From the NCBI GenBank assembly GCA_012842045.1, contig DUTP01000003.1, forward strand, positions 130,532-194,531: a stretch of DNA of 64,000 bases, written 5' to 3'. Positions 1-9,926 of this stretch are shown here, in pieces. The notes below the pieces were generated by a model that did no database searches, was not told the origin of the DNA, and saw only the letters and a list, made by a program, of their open reading frames with translations. The stretch is from Candidatus Dojkabacteria bacterium. Its GTDB lineage: Bacteria > Patescibacteriota > Dojkabacteria > SC72. The position numbers and the translations under genes are program-made. Every line of letters begins with the position of its first letter. Position 1 is the stretch's first letter.

Positions 1-643
1 GGAGGTTCTCATCTTCCTTACTAAACTTCCTAACAGTAGAGGAGAACTCCATTACAGGAATATCTCCATACTTTCTTGCTAGCTCTGAAACCATGATAAT
101 TGGATTACCTCTCTCTTGACGATATATCTCCTCAAGACGAAGCATAGGGGAAGCCATGAGATTAAACTTACCTTCAACAGGTGGTAACTGACCATGGTCT
201 CCAACAGCAAGAATTGGTTTCTCAAAACTAAGTAAATCATTCCATATATCCTCAGAAACCATAGATGCTTCATCTACCACAATTAAATCATATTCAAAAG
301 AATCAACAGGTATTTTCTCCCAACCGATGATATTATCATCCTCATCTACAATAGCTTTGTATATCAATCTATGAATAGTACCTATGTAATCAGAAGGAGC
401 TAAAGACTTACTCTCTTCTAATTTCTTTTTTAATACTAAAGAAGCCTTACCAGTAAATGAACAATATGCAATTGAAATCCCTTTATACTCCCTATGCAAC
501 CTGTTCCCAAGATGACCAAGTAGGGTAGTCTTACCAGTACCTGCATACCCACCTAGAGTCACATATCGAGTCTTCTTACCCTTGTACCAATCTAAGATAC
601 TATCTACCACCTTTTTCTGTTTAGGTGAAAGTTCTACATCCAT
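1..643 (-). CDS. SF1 RecD/Pif1-like DNA helicase (AAA_30-type), N-terminal ~214 aa; runs off the window start
   Basis: Own translation of the minus strand from ATG at 641-643: MDVELSPKQKKVVDSILDWYKGKKTRYVTLGGYAGTGKTTLL (Walker A), LIVVDEASM (Walker B), AVGDHGQLPPV (helicase motif III). Not in the ORF track because no stop lies within the window. Confidence 0.7.
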   Translation of the reverse strand, partial: MDVELSPKQKKVVDSILDWYKGKKTRYVTLGGYAGTGKTTLLGHLGNRLHREYKGISIAYCSFTGKASLVLKKKLEESKSLAPSDYIGTIHRLIYKAIVDEDDNIIGWEKIPVDSFEYDLIVVDEASMVSEDIWNDLLSFEKPILAVGDHGQLPPVEGKFNLMASPMLRLEEIYRQERGNPIIMVSELARKYGDIPVMEFSSTVRKFSKEDENL

Positions 644-777
644 GAGTTCATTATACACAATTTAAGAGAGTGTTACTTTGGTGTTTACTACAATAATCTG
701 TAGTAACTTGCAATCTCTGTCCCTTTTCTGTATACTTAGTTTAGGTAAGTATAATATATTCAAAATTAACAAAACTT

Positions 778-1962
778 ATGATTAGAAGTATAACATTTGA
801 CAATTTCTACTCCTTTAAAGAGAGACAAGAAATTGATTTTACTGCAAACAAAAAAGATTCCTATGATTACTTTAACTCTCCCAAAGGAGACCAGATAACT
901 AAAGTAGCATCTTTCATAGGTGCAAATGCTTCTGGTAAAACTAATGTTATCAGACTCTTTGGATTTCTTGGATACTTTCTCACAAATCTAAATAGAAATG
1001 GTAATGTAGAGAATATATTCATTCCATATAGCAATTTCTTCAATAACAAGAAACCTACCAATATTGAAATAGTTTTTGAGATTAAAGAAAACATATTTAC
1101 ATACAAATTGGTATTAAAAGAAAACAGTGTAAACAAAGAAATACTAATCGTAAAAGAGATTAAAAAAGGAGCACAGCCTGTTACTCTTTTCAAAAGGGAG
1201 AAAGATAATATATTAGAATTAAACAAGAGGTATTTTAAAAATCTTAAACCATCAATATTGCCAAGAATTAGAGAAGATATCTCCTTTATCCCATTTCTAA
1301 AATCTCTCTATGATATAGAAGTAATCAATACACTCATAGAATATTTCAATAATTTCTACACTAATATAAATGAGATTGGAGAACACAATATTGTCCCTTA
1401 CCAAATAGATGCCTTTAAATCATACGAAGAAGATGCTGAAATAAAAGAAAAAACTCTTGATGTTATGAAGAATTTTGACTTGGGACTAGCTGATATAAAA
1501 ATCGAAAAAGAAGAAAAAAAAGAGAAAGGATTTATAGACTATACAATATCAGGCATACATAATACTTCGGTTGGAGATAGAAGGCTTCCTTTCCTCTATG
1601 AATCTAGAGGCACACAAAGTATTTTTTTCCTAATGACGAGGATACTTAAAGCCCTCAAATACAATGGAGTCGCAATCATAGATGAAATAGAATTAGGATT
1701 ACACCCAGAAGCTCTAAACAAGATAATTACATATTTCATAGATGAGAATGCTGAAGGACATGCACAACTAATCTTCTCCTCACTCTCACTTGCTAGTATG
1801 AACAAGCTAGATATGCACCAAATCTATTTAACAGAAAAGAACAATGAGGGAGAAAGCATTGTTAAAAGATTAAACAAAATAGATGGAGTAAGAAGTGATG
1901 ATAATTTTTTAAATAAATATCTAGCTGGAAAATATGGAGCATTCCCAAACATCAAAATCTAG
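778..1962 (+). CDS. AAA_21/ABC-type ATPase (AbiLi-like / OLD-family-like ATPase component)
   Basis: N-terminal ITFDNFYSFKERQEIDF followed by Walker A GANASGKTN. C-terminal Walker B VAIIDEIELGLHP and H-loop-like QLIFSS. Coiled/linker middle typical of SMC-like AAA_21 proteins. Confidence 0.7.
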   Translation: MIRSITFDNFYSFKERQEIDFTANKKDSYDYFNSPKGDQITKVASFIGANASGKTNVIRLFGFLGYFLTNLNRNGNVENIFIPYSNFFNNKKPTNIEIVFEIKENIFTYKLVLKENSVNKEILIVKEIKKGAQPVTLFKREKDNILELNKRYFKNLKPSILPRIREDISFIPFLKSLYDIEVINTLIEYFNNFYTNINEIGEHNIVPYQIDAFKSYEEDAEIKEKTLDVMKNFDLGLADIKIEKEEKKEKGFIDYTISGIHNTSVGDRRLPFLYESRGTQSIFFLMTRILKALKYNGVAIIDEIELGLHPEALNKIITYFIDENAEGHAQLIFSSLSLASMNKLDMHQIYLTEKNNEGESIVKRLNKIDGVRSDDNFLNKYLAGKYGAFPNIKI

Positions 1963-2434
1963 TACAAGGCATCCATATACAGGACTGCTCTTTGGTGAAG
2001 GAAGGAAAGATAAAACCTTCATAAAGAATCTCTCTTCTCTCAAGAAGTTTAAGTATCATACATCAAAATGGACTTTTCTTTTAGATAATGCATCAGGTGG
2101 TAGTCCTGAAACAATACTACAAAAATGCTGTCAAACATCTTCCAACAGAGACTTTGACATAGTTATTTGTTTCATTGACCTAGATAAACTAAAGAAGGAT
2201 TTCCCTAAAAATTGGGAAAAAGAGAAGGAGAAGATTGAAAAACAATTTCCTAATATACATATATTCTGGCATGAGGATTGTCTAGAAGATGAAATGAAGA
2301 AGGTGATTGGTAAAAAGAATGTAGGAAAGAAAGAGATAAATAGGATTGCAAATAAAGAAGTAGAAAAATTTGTTAATTCTAAATATTGGAAAAGTCTTCT
2401 TGAGATAATAAAAGATTGTGAAGAAAAAGAATAA
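1934..2434 (+). CDS. RloB-like Toprim-domain protein (AbiLii-like partner)
   Basis: LLFGEGRKDKTF (Toprim Glu motif, as in RloB 'CEGxKTE') and ICFIDLDKL (DxD). Overlaps the upstream ATPase gene by 29 nt, consistent with translational coupling. Confidence 0.55.
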   Translation: MEHSQTSKSSTRHPYTGLLFGEGRKDKTFIKNLSSLKKFKYHTSKWTFLLDNASGGSPETILQKCCQTSSNRDFDIVICFIDLDKLKKDFPKNWEKEKEKIEKQFPNIHIFWHEDCLEDEMKKVIGKKNVGKKEINRIANKEVEKFVNSKYWKSLLEIIKDCEEKE

Positions 2435-2465
2435 CGAAAAGATGCTAAATATGTTAGAATAACAC

Positions 2466-3260
2466 ATGTTCTTCTTTACAAAACCTATCTCAAAACCAAT
2501 CAAATACAGAGTCGTCTATGAATACACCGATGATATATCATCACAATACCACTACACATATACCATTCAATTACCAGATAATCAAATACAACACTTCACC
2601 TACTATATACCCCAAAGACCTAAGATCAATGCACATAGCTTTCATAAATTTAAACTACCACATGATACACTTAATAATTGGGGAATATTTGGTAAAAACC
2701 TAGTATTAACAATAGATGATTCGTATAACTTTGAACAAACAAAAAGAATGTATCAGTTATTAAGAGAATACAATATCACAGCAACATTCTTCCCAAACAC
2801 AATATATATCAATCCACATAATCCAGAACATCTAGAACTATGGAGAGATATATACAACTCTGGATATGAGATAGGGTATCACACCACAGACCATGCTAGA
2901 AAAAGAAGTGTAGAGGAGTTAGATAGAGATTTTAATACTTTTACAGATATATTTAGAAACATACTTCAAGATCAAAGCTTTAGTATAAAGAGTGTAAGAG
3001 CTCCATATGGATACTTTGATAGAGTATGGATGAAGTGGGTTACTGATAACAACCTCCTTAATATGAGATGGACTATGACAGAATTAGAAGATATGGACTA
3101 TCTAAGAAAGCTCTACTACAAACAGAAGGGTAGAGTACTTCTCCTTCATAATAGGAAAGGGGATGTAGAATGGTTAAGAAAACATTTCAATGAACTCATA
3201 CAGATAGCTAAAGAGAATGGTGGGAAAACGGGAAGCATATATGATAGTATAGTCAGGTAA
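2466..3260 (+). CDS. CE4 (NodB-homology) polysaccharide deacetylase-family hydrolase; no signal peptide
   Basis: LVLTIDDS (TFDDG-type motif), ATFF, GYEIGYHTTDH (H-x-x-x-H motif). The N-terminal 70 aa has no hydrophobic segment, so it is predicted cytoplasmic. Confidence 0.7.
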   Translation: MFFFTKPISKPIKYRVVYEYTDDISSQYHYTYTIQLPDNQIQHFTYYIPQRPKINAHSFHKFKLPHDTLNNWGIFGKNLVLTIDDSYNFEQTKRMYQLLREYNITATFFPNTIYINPHNPEHLELWRDIYNSGYEIGYHTTDHARKRSVEELDRDFNTFTDIFRNILQDQSFSIKSVRAPYGYFDRVWMKWVTDNNLLNMRWTMTELEDMDYLRKLYYKQKGRVLLLHNRKGDVEWLRKHFNELIQIAKENGGKTGSIYDSIVR

Positions 3261-4006
3261 TGGAACAGAAATTTCTTTTTTTTGATACAGAAACAACTGA
3301 TGTACAGAGTAAAGATATCATTCAACTAGCTTTTCTAACTAGTGATGGTAAGGAGTTTAATGAATATTTTAAACCTGAACAAGATATATCGTTTGGAGCT
3401 ATGGCTGTACACCATATTACACCTGAATTTCTAGAAGACAAACCTATGTTTAAAGAGAGGATGGTACAAGATACTACCTCTATGACTCTTTTCTCAGAGA
3501 TTACACTAAAAGAATATCTTAATAACTTAGGTAAGGAATATATATGGGTAGCACATAATGTAGAGTTTGATATGGAAGTACTTAAGAAAAAAGGCATAGA
3601 GATACCTAGATATATATGTACACTTAAAGTAGCTAGGAATATGTTAGAAGATGAGAACAAGAGAGACCTTGAGAGCTATTCATTACAATATCTTAGATAT
3701 TATTTAGGTCTTTACAAAAAAGAAAAAGATACTGAAATATTACCACATGATGCTATGGGTGATGTGATTGTACTTAAGAATCTTTTTGATTATTTACAAC
3801 ATAATTCTGTACTTACACCAGAGAATATGATGACTATATCTAAAGAACCACAGTATATTCGTACACTTACATTTGGTAAGTATGCAGGGTATAACCTTGA
3901 GGATGTTGTTAAGACAGATAGGGAGTATTTAGAATGGTTAATGGAGAATGCACAGGATAAGAAAGATTTACTTTATAATATTGACAGGGTTTTAAGTTCT
4001 ATGTAG
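3260..4006 (+). CDS. DEDDh 3'-5' exonuclease (DnaQ/ExoX-like) with C-terminal QSregVF_b/DUF3820-like domain
   Basis: FFDTETT (Exo I), AHNVEFDMEVL (Exo II), HDAMGDV (Exo III, H-x4-D). C-terminal FGKYAGYNLEDV...DREYLEWL. Start overlaps the previous stop (TAATG). Confidence 0.75.
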   Translation: MEQKFLFFDTETTDVQSKDIIQLAFLTSDGKEFNEYFKPEQDISFGAMAVHHITPEFLEDKPMFKERMVQDTTSMTLFSEITLKEYLNNLGKEYIWVAHNVEFDMEVLKKKGIEIPRYICTLKVARNMLEDENKRDLESYSLQYLRYYLGLYKKEKDTEILPHDAMGDVIVLKNLFDYLQHNSVLTPENMMTISKEPQYIRTLTFGKYAGYNLEDVVKTDREYLEWLMENAQDKKDLLYNIDRVLSSM

Positions 4007-4016
4007 GATATATTAT

Positions 4017-5087
4017 ATGAAGATTACTGCTTCTAAGAAGACAATTGTTATATTATCCATTAGTTTCTTATTATCCCTAATAGCTGGTATTATACTTCTC
4101 TACAAGGATGTTATTCACAATGGTATTAAGTATGGTAAGTGGTTTGCATTGGATAAGCATGAAGGAGAGTTTATTGATTGTATGGAATATAAGGAAGAGG
4201 AGAATGAAATAAATGCTATATGCCAAGGTTTTTTACTAGAGACAGAGGAAAAAGATGCTTCTAAGTCAAGAGGAAAACTTTGTAAAGAGTTTTACATTGT
4301 ATATAAAGATTATCAAGGTTGGCAGAAGTTTTCACCATGTTTAAATAAGGAAGATTTTATATATAAAGATATATTAACTAAACCTAACCATTATATACCT
4401 GTAAATATCCATATACATTACACTAAAGTTAATCCTTTTAAATATAAGCTTGATAATATAACTTTAGAGGATATGGGGGATGAGGATTTGTATGTAGAAT
4501 TAATACCCAATAATATGGCTGTTCAACAAATAATAAGAAATGGGAAAATGATTACACAAAGCAATTTACTTTCTGAGAAAAATGGGTATTTGGCAATAGA
4601 AACAGGGATTGATAATAATTATCCTTATATGACCTATTTTAAAGAATTAAGTTTAAAAGAGATTGATGTAAAAGATGGAAAGATTAGATTGTTGTTCACC
4701 GGTGAAGTTAAACAACAAACAGTTACTATAACAACAATCGCTGAAAGCTTTCTTTTCAGTTACTATGATGAAGCAAAGAAACTACAAGATATTTTAATAA
4801 ATACGAAGAACTATAAAGAAATAACGCCAGGATTATTGTATAAAGTATATTTCTTTTCTCTGTCAAATAAAGAAAACGAGAAGTTAGAAGATATAATATC
4901 ATCCTGTAAAAATGATTTAACAAATAAAGAGTTTTTCGACCAAGTCTTTTGTAATGCTGGAGAAGAGAAAATAAGGAATTCTGTAATAAGTGATAGAAAC
5001 ACCTACATAGATACTCTACTTAATCAAAACTCTGAGAATCTGCAACTAGAGAAGTTTATACTCTATTCACTTATAAAACTAGACTAA
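4017..5087 (+). CDS. hypothetical membrane-anchored protein (single N-terminal TM)
   Basis: ORF with N-terminal hydrophobic segment IVILSISFLLSLIAGIILLY; no recognisable catalytic motifs. Confidence 0.5.
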   Translation: MKITASKKTIVILSISFLLSLIAGIILLYKDVIHNGIKYGKWFALDKHEGEFIDCMEYKEEENEINAICQGFLLETEEKDASKSRGKLCKEFYIVYKDYQGWQKFSPCLNKEDFIYKDILTKPNHYIPVNIHIHYTKVNPFKYKLDNITLEDMGDEDLYVELIPNNMAVQQIIRNGKMITQSNLLSEKNGYLAIETGIDNNYPYMTYFKELSLKEIDVKDGKIRLLFTGEVKQQTVTITTIAESFLFSYYDEAKKLQDILINTKNYKEITPGLLYKVYFFSLSNKENEKLEDIISSCKNDLTNKEFFDQVFCNAGEEKIRNSVISDRNTYIDTLLNQNSENLQLEKFILYSLIKLD

Positions 5088-5111
5088 TTCTTTATTAAAT
5101 TTGAAAAACTG

Positions 5112-6743
5112 TTAATCAAAAAATCTGTTTATTTGACTAGTAGGAATATATGGAAAAGGTTTTCCTGTACCGTATAACTCCTTCAGGTTTCCCTCTTCTA
5201 GATAATATCTATCCATTGTAATACCCTGAGGTATAACCATAGGAATAGTTGCATTACTATCAATGTATTGATTATAGTTCTCTATGAGTGTATCTATCAT
5301 TTCTATTTGTCCATCTGGTAATTCTTTAACCAAGCTTATTGTTGCTCCATGTATAATTCGCGAATGTTCTTTTGAAAAAGGAGGGTCAAATGGAGAAGCC
5401 CAAGCCATAGATTTAGCCATATTTATATTCGAGAATATAGGTTCTATTTTGAAGAAATATCGAGCATCTGGATTATCAGATTTTATTTTAAAGGTAAAAT
5501 CACTACTTTTCGTTACCCCTACTCCTATATTCCACCTCTCTGTTTCCATAGTAAAAGGCCCTGGGAAACAACCTACAACAATCTTCCTGTATTCAACTCT
5601 TTCTATAGACGAATCATCCTTCTGTGAAAGACGATTTAAAGAAGAGGCTAAAAACTGACTTCCTAAAAGATAAGCTGTTCTTCCACCGTTCACAGTACCT
5701 ATACCTGTGTGAAAAGCACCCTCTGTAGGTTGAAAGATTTCAAAAAGTGATATCTCTTCCCCTGGTCTAAACCCACCAATTTGTTCTTGATATTCAAGTA
5801 GTCTTTGAAATGAGAGTAACTCTCCTCTTACCATATTTACATCATCTCTCTCATAGCTAGTTATTCCTGTTATAACATTATAATTTTTTGCTTTCTCTTC
5901 TACAAAACCTTGTATTTCATTATGTCTGTCTACTGCATTTAGTAGTAGAGTAAATTTACTTCTATTTGTTCCACAATCAAAGGAATCCTCGACTATTCCA
6001 AGTGTTAACATCTCACCTTTCTCATTTTTTACTAACCTCTTCTCCTTTATATTGAAAGTATACCCTACAGGTAACACAAGTTTAACTGTAGCAGTATGCT
6101 CACTTCTTCCTGACTCGGGATCATATAACGGCATCAAATACAAATGATTCTCTCCCTCATATGCTGTCTCTACTGTCTCTGAAACATCTAATGTCTCTAC
6201 TTCTACTAACTGATATTCATTCCAATTAAGTAAATCTGTAGCATTAAAATCAAAATTCTCATTCTTTTCAGTAGGTACATTCTTTGGAATATTAGATTCT
6301 ACTTGGACTGTAGCTGTAGGCTCTGGTGTCTCTGTTGGTACTTCTTCTGTAAGAACCTCTGTAATAGTTGGATTAGTAACTACCTCTGTAGGTACATTCT
6401 CTACTAGAGTAGGTAAAGGTGTTACTTCTTCAATATCTTCCTTAGTAGATGTAGGCAATGGAGCTGTAACTGCTGGTTTCTCTATCACTTCTGTTACCTG
6501 TTCTGGTACACAAGCATCTAGCACTAAAGCTCCTAAAGATGTAAGACAAAGCATTGATCTAGCTGCTATATTCCTAACATTTTTAATACTACCTCCCTTT
6601 TCATTTGTCTTAGTATCTTCTACTGGAACATTAGGAATATCCTCAAATGTATCAACATCCACATCATCTATCTCATAGTCTAAATCTCTATTAACATCAC
6701 CTACAACAATATCACTATCTAATCTAGGTTCTTGTGTATCCAT
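5112..6743 (-). CDS. hypothetical membrane-anchored / lipoprotein-like exported protein with Pro/Thr/Glu-rich linker
   Basis: Acidic N-terminus, hydrophobic IAARSMLCLTSLGALVLDAC (lipobox-like LDAC), then a PTxE-rich linker and a ~380-aa globular region. No family recognised. Confidence 0.5.
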   Translation of the reverse strand: MDTQEPRLDSDIVVGDVNRDLDYEIDDVDVDTFEDIPNVPVEDTKTNEKGGSIKNVRNIAARSMLCLTSLGALVLDACVPEQVTEVIEKPAVTAPLPTSTKEDIEEVTPLPTLVENVPTEVVTNPTITEVLTEEVPTETPEPTATVQVESNIPKNVPTEKNENFDFNATDLLNWNEYQLVEVETLDVSETVETAYEGENHLYLMPLYDPESGRSEHTATVKLVLPVGYTFNIKEKRLVKNEKGEMLTLGIVEDSFDCGTNRSKFTLLLNAVDRHNEIQGFVEEKAKNYNVITGITSYERDDVNMVRGELLSFQRLLEYQEQIGGFRPGEEISLFEIFQPTEGAFHTGIGTVNGGRTAYLLGSQFLASSLNRLSQKDDSSIERVEYRKIVVGCFPGPFTMETERWNIGVGVTKSSDFTFKIKSDNPDARYFFKIEPIFSNINMAKSMAWASPFDPPFSKEHSRIIHGATISLVKELPDGQIEMIDTLIENYNQYIDSNATIPMVIPQGITMDRYYLEEGNLKELYGTGKPFPYIPTSQINRFFD

Positions 6744-6835
6744 ATATATTAAAAAATATAAATTTATTATGTTTACCTATACTACTATTTTATCATAATG
6801 TTGACTATTCTACAATTATCTTTTATTCTTTTTAT

Positions 6836-9800
6836 ATGAAAAAGAAACTGTTTGTTATTATTCTTTTTGTTTTGTTTTTTTGGGTGTTTAGTTTAGAAAG
6901 AGAAGAGGTTCTGGGAACCGTATGTGGCGATTACTGTGGTGATGGGATTTGTTTTTCTTCCACATCAGCAGATCTTTATCAGTGCAGTAACAAGATATGT
7001 TCTGGTCCTACTTATTACCCATCTTTGCCATGTGCACCAGCCTCAGACCCCATTATACCTTGTTGTTCCCAGGGTAGTTATGCAACTTCTTGTAGTGACA
7101 TACAATGCGCAGAGGGCAATCTTCCTACAAGTAACCTATATTGCTGCGATCCTTGTGATTCCTCCTGCCAAACCTGTACACCACCAGCTTGTCCATCAAC
7201 TCAAACACCAAATGAAAATCACTGCGGTATAGCAAGCACTCAATTCTGCTCCAACCCCAAAAATGAATGTGGTGATTCATGTCCTAATTCAATAAGACAT
7301 TGCTATCCCAAAGGAGAATGTACAGAATGTACAAAAACCTGTCCTGACAACTATCGTTTAGAACCAACAACATGTAATCCAACAGGTCCAATAAATTGTG
7401 AGTGGAGAACTCGTTGCTCCAATGAAAGAGATAATTGTCAAACAACAACATACCAATGCTATCCAATAGGAACATGTAGAGACTGTAATGTAGTTCCTCC
7501 TCCTGGATATCATTTACCTACACCTGGAGAGATAACACTCTGTCCCCTAGGTACAGCTAGATGTAATAGATATACAGAATGTGGTGTTTACTGTAATGAA
7601 AAAACAGCTCCTGCATATGAAGACGAACCCAGTGTAGTACCAGGATCACCTACAAACCCAAGAATTACAATAAATGGATACACATACTTCCTCTCTACAA
7701 GTACACATACCAGAGTAAGAAAACCATTACCAGGAACACAACCAGATAACTCTGTAACCATTGGAGCATCACAACCATCATTAACACCAGGAACATACCG
7801 TAATCCAAGATATGACTTCCTAGTCGAAAACTATGGTCTCAATGAAGAATGGAAAGATACAGTTGGAAACTGTTACGGTGTAGTAGGTGAAGACTTCTGT
7901 GTAGTAGAAAGTACACCTGACACTGTAAACTTCAAAGGTCAAGCTAAAGTTGCAAATCAAATTCTCAAAGAAGGAGCTACTGGTTACTTTGCAACAAGAT
8001 TCACTACAAGTAACAAATGTGACCATGGTATTAAACGATCCGTATACATAGAGCCAAAATACAAAGTAGATTATCTCCCACTAGTTGAAACCGTAGAGAT
8101 AACAGGAGATCCAGTGGTAAAAGGATGTAATGCAGGAAGATATACAGGTCTACAAGCAAACAACCCGTTAACTATCACAATAACTGGATCTGACCCTGAT
8201 GGGGTTAGTGATATAAATGGGCTCTCACTATGGCTAGTTAAAAGAGGTGTTGGTGATTTAAGTAATGATTTAAACCAAGTAGTACCAATGGGACCTGGAG
8301 ATACACATACTAATCCTAATGAGGTAGGAATGTTCTTCCCATTCCTCTCAGGTGGACAAACACACCTTTACAAGGCAATAAACGAAAACGCTCAAAACAG
8401 GTTAATAGGTTGGGGTAGAGATGTACCTTCTTCAGGGGGAGACTTAGACCCTAAAGTCCAAAGTAGTCAGGGCTTGATAATAGAGAGCGCCACAGCAATA
8501 TATACAAAGACAGGTTCAACGGTAGAAGTAGTAGTAACCTTACAATTTCCAAACCCAGCTACACCAGGATCAATCGTAGGAGAATATGATATTTATGTAG
8601 GTTTCAGTGATATATTTACATTCTCAAGAAAATCCTCTGCTGATGGTGGAGGTGTATACCTAGACTCTCAAAATGTAAAACACTCAGGACAGGAGAGTTG
8701 GCATTTTGATTTTATCAAACCTGTATACCAAAATGCTAAATTAGAACGAGTAGCAGGAGAACAGAAACTACTAGACTTGTTCTGGACTATCAATGAGGAA
8801 GGTTCGGATTTAAAACATACCGTTGTAAATGTGACCACAGCAAAAACAGATGCTGATGAAATTAAAAGAATACAACCAACAACTATACCAGAAGAAGATT
8901 TTGTTACACCTCAAGATTTGGAAGATAACAAAATTGGTAATATACCTGTAGACAGTGGTTGGTTACATCCAATAAACCGTAATAAGCGTCAAACATCTAT
9001 GAGGATTAATACTCAAGATACTTCTGCTGGAACATTAAAATTCTTCATCACAGCTTTTGACAATGCCTGTAACTATGCAAGAACAGGTGAAGATGGTAAT
9101 GATGGTATTGACCCTATAAACTACGACCGATGGATGTCAACCAAAGGAGGAATATTTTACTCAATAGGTAGTGTTGATTACAGAACTAAGCTACTAGATC
9201 CCAATAATCACTTCTACAACTTAGGTTCAGAACTCCTAGCAACAGGTGCTAATGCAATAAGGGATGTACTTAGATTTACAGATAGAGATAAAAATCCAGC
9301 CGTAGCAGTAGGAGTTACAGATACAAACGAAGAGAACAAAGTAAACCTCTATGAAGCACTCAAGAGAGAAGCAAACATTTCTATGAACAAGAAACTTAAG
9401 TTAATTACTCCTTCCTCTGGTCAATATATCTGTGATGCCCCAGAGGGATGTTACTACAAACCAGGAGTAGGTGAAGATGTAGGAGGCACATACAGTGGTA
9501 AAATCTTAATATATTCCAAAGATGATATAAAGATAACAGATGATCTAAAAGCAACTAGTAACAATGATGCAATGTTCATATTTTCTGAAAAGAACATAAT
9601 TGTAAATGATGGACATGCTACTGGTGGTACAGACAGAATAGATGCATTTCTACTTGCTAAAGAAAGGATAACGATAGCCCAAGATGCAGCTGTAACTGAG
9701 AACCATGACCAAGTATTACTAGTAGGAGGACTAATTGCCTTTGGTATTGGAGGAGAATCTCCTGCATTCGTTCTACAAAGAAACTTAGGTGCAGATAATC

Positions 9801-9916
9801 CACTTAAACCAGCACTAATTATCAACTATCATCCTAAGTATACTAAATTTGCAGAACTTTTCTTTGATGTAGATAAATCTGTACATAAAAGAGAAGTTGG
9901 ATTTAAACCTTTGTAA
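6836..9916 (+). CDS. large secreted protein with Cys-rich N-terminal domain (~250 aa, >45 Cys)
   Basis: ORF track gives 6734..9916. A better start is ATG at 6836, giving signal peptide MKKKLFVIILFVLFFWVFS. The following region is dense in Cys (CGDYCGDGIC...CCDPCDSSCQTC...). The remainder has no recognised domain. Confidence 0.6.
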   Translation: MKKKLFVIILFVLFFWVFSLEREEVLGTVCGDYCGDGICFSSTSADLYQCSNKICSGPTYYPSLPCAPASDPIIPCCSQGSYATSCSDIQCAEGNLPTSNLYCCDPCDSSCQTCTPPACPSTQTPNENHCGIASTQFCSNPKNECGDSCPNSIRHCYPKGECTECTKTCPDNYRLEPTTCNPTGPINCEWRTRCSNERDNCQTTTYQCYPIGTCRDCNVVPPPGYHLPTPGEITLCPLGTARCNRYTECGVYCNEKTAPAYEDEPSVVPGSPTNPRITINGYTYFLSTSTHTRVRKPLPGTQPDNSVTIGASQPSLTPGTYRNPRYDFLVENYGLNEEWKDTVGNCYGVVGEDFCVVESTPDTVNFKGQAKVANQILKEGATGYFATRFTTSNKCDHGIKRSVYIEPKYKVDYLPLVETVEITGDPVVKGCNAGRYTGLQANNPLTITITGSDPDGVSDINGLSLWLVKRGVGDLSNDLNQVVPMGPGDTHTNPNEVGMFFPFLSGGQTHLYKAINENAQNRLIGWGRDVPSSGGDLDPKVQSSQGLIIESATAIYTKTGSTVEVVVTLQFPNPATPGSIVGEYDIYVGFSDIFTFSRKSSADGGGVYLDSQNVKHSGQESWHFDFIKPVYQNAKLERVAGEQKLLDLFWTINEEGSDLKHTVVNVTTAKTDADEIKRIQPTTIPEEDFVTPQDLEDNKIGNIPVDSGWLHPINRNKRQTSMRINTQDTSAGTLKFFITAFDNACNYARTGEDGNDGIDPINYDRWMSTKGGIFYSIGSVDYRTKLLDPNNHFYNLGSELLATGANAIRDVLRFTDRDKNPAVAVGVTDTNEENKVNLYEALKREANISMNKKLKLITPSSGQYICDAPEGCYYKPGVGEDVGGTYSGKILIYSKDDIKITDDLKATSNNDAMFIFSEKNIIVNDGHATGGTDRIDAFLLAKERITIAQDAAVTENHDQVLLVGGLIAFGIGGESPAFVLQRNLGADNPLKPALIINYHPKYTKFAELFFDVDKSVHKREVGFKPL

Positions 9917-9926
9917 AATAATAAAT

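Noticed and set aside
79-273. 64-aa minus-strand ORF from the track
   Set aside because: It lies in a different frame inside the clearly coding RecD-like helicase N-terminus (Walker A/B, motif III in the other frame). Spurious.
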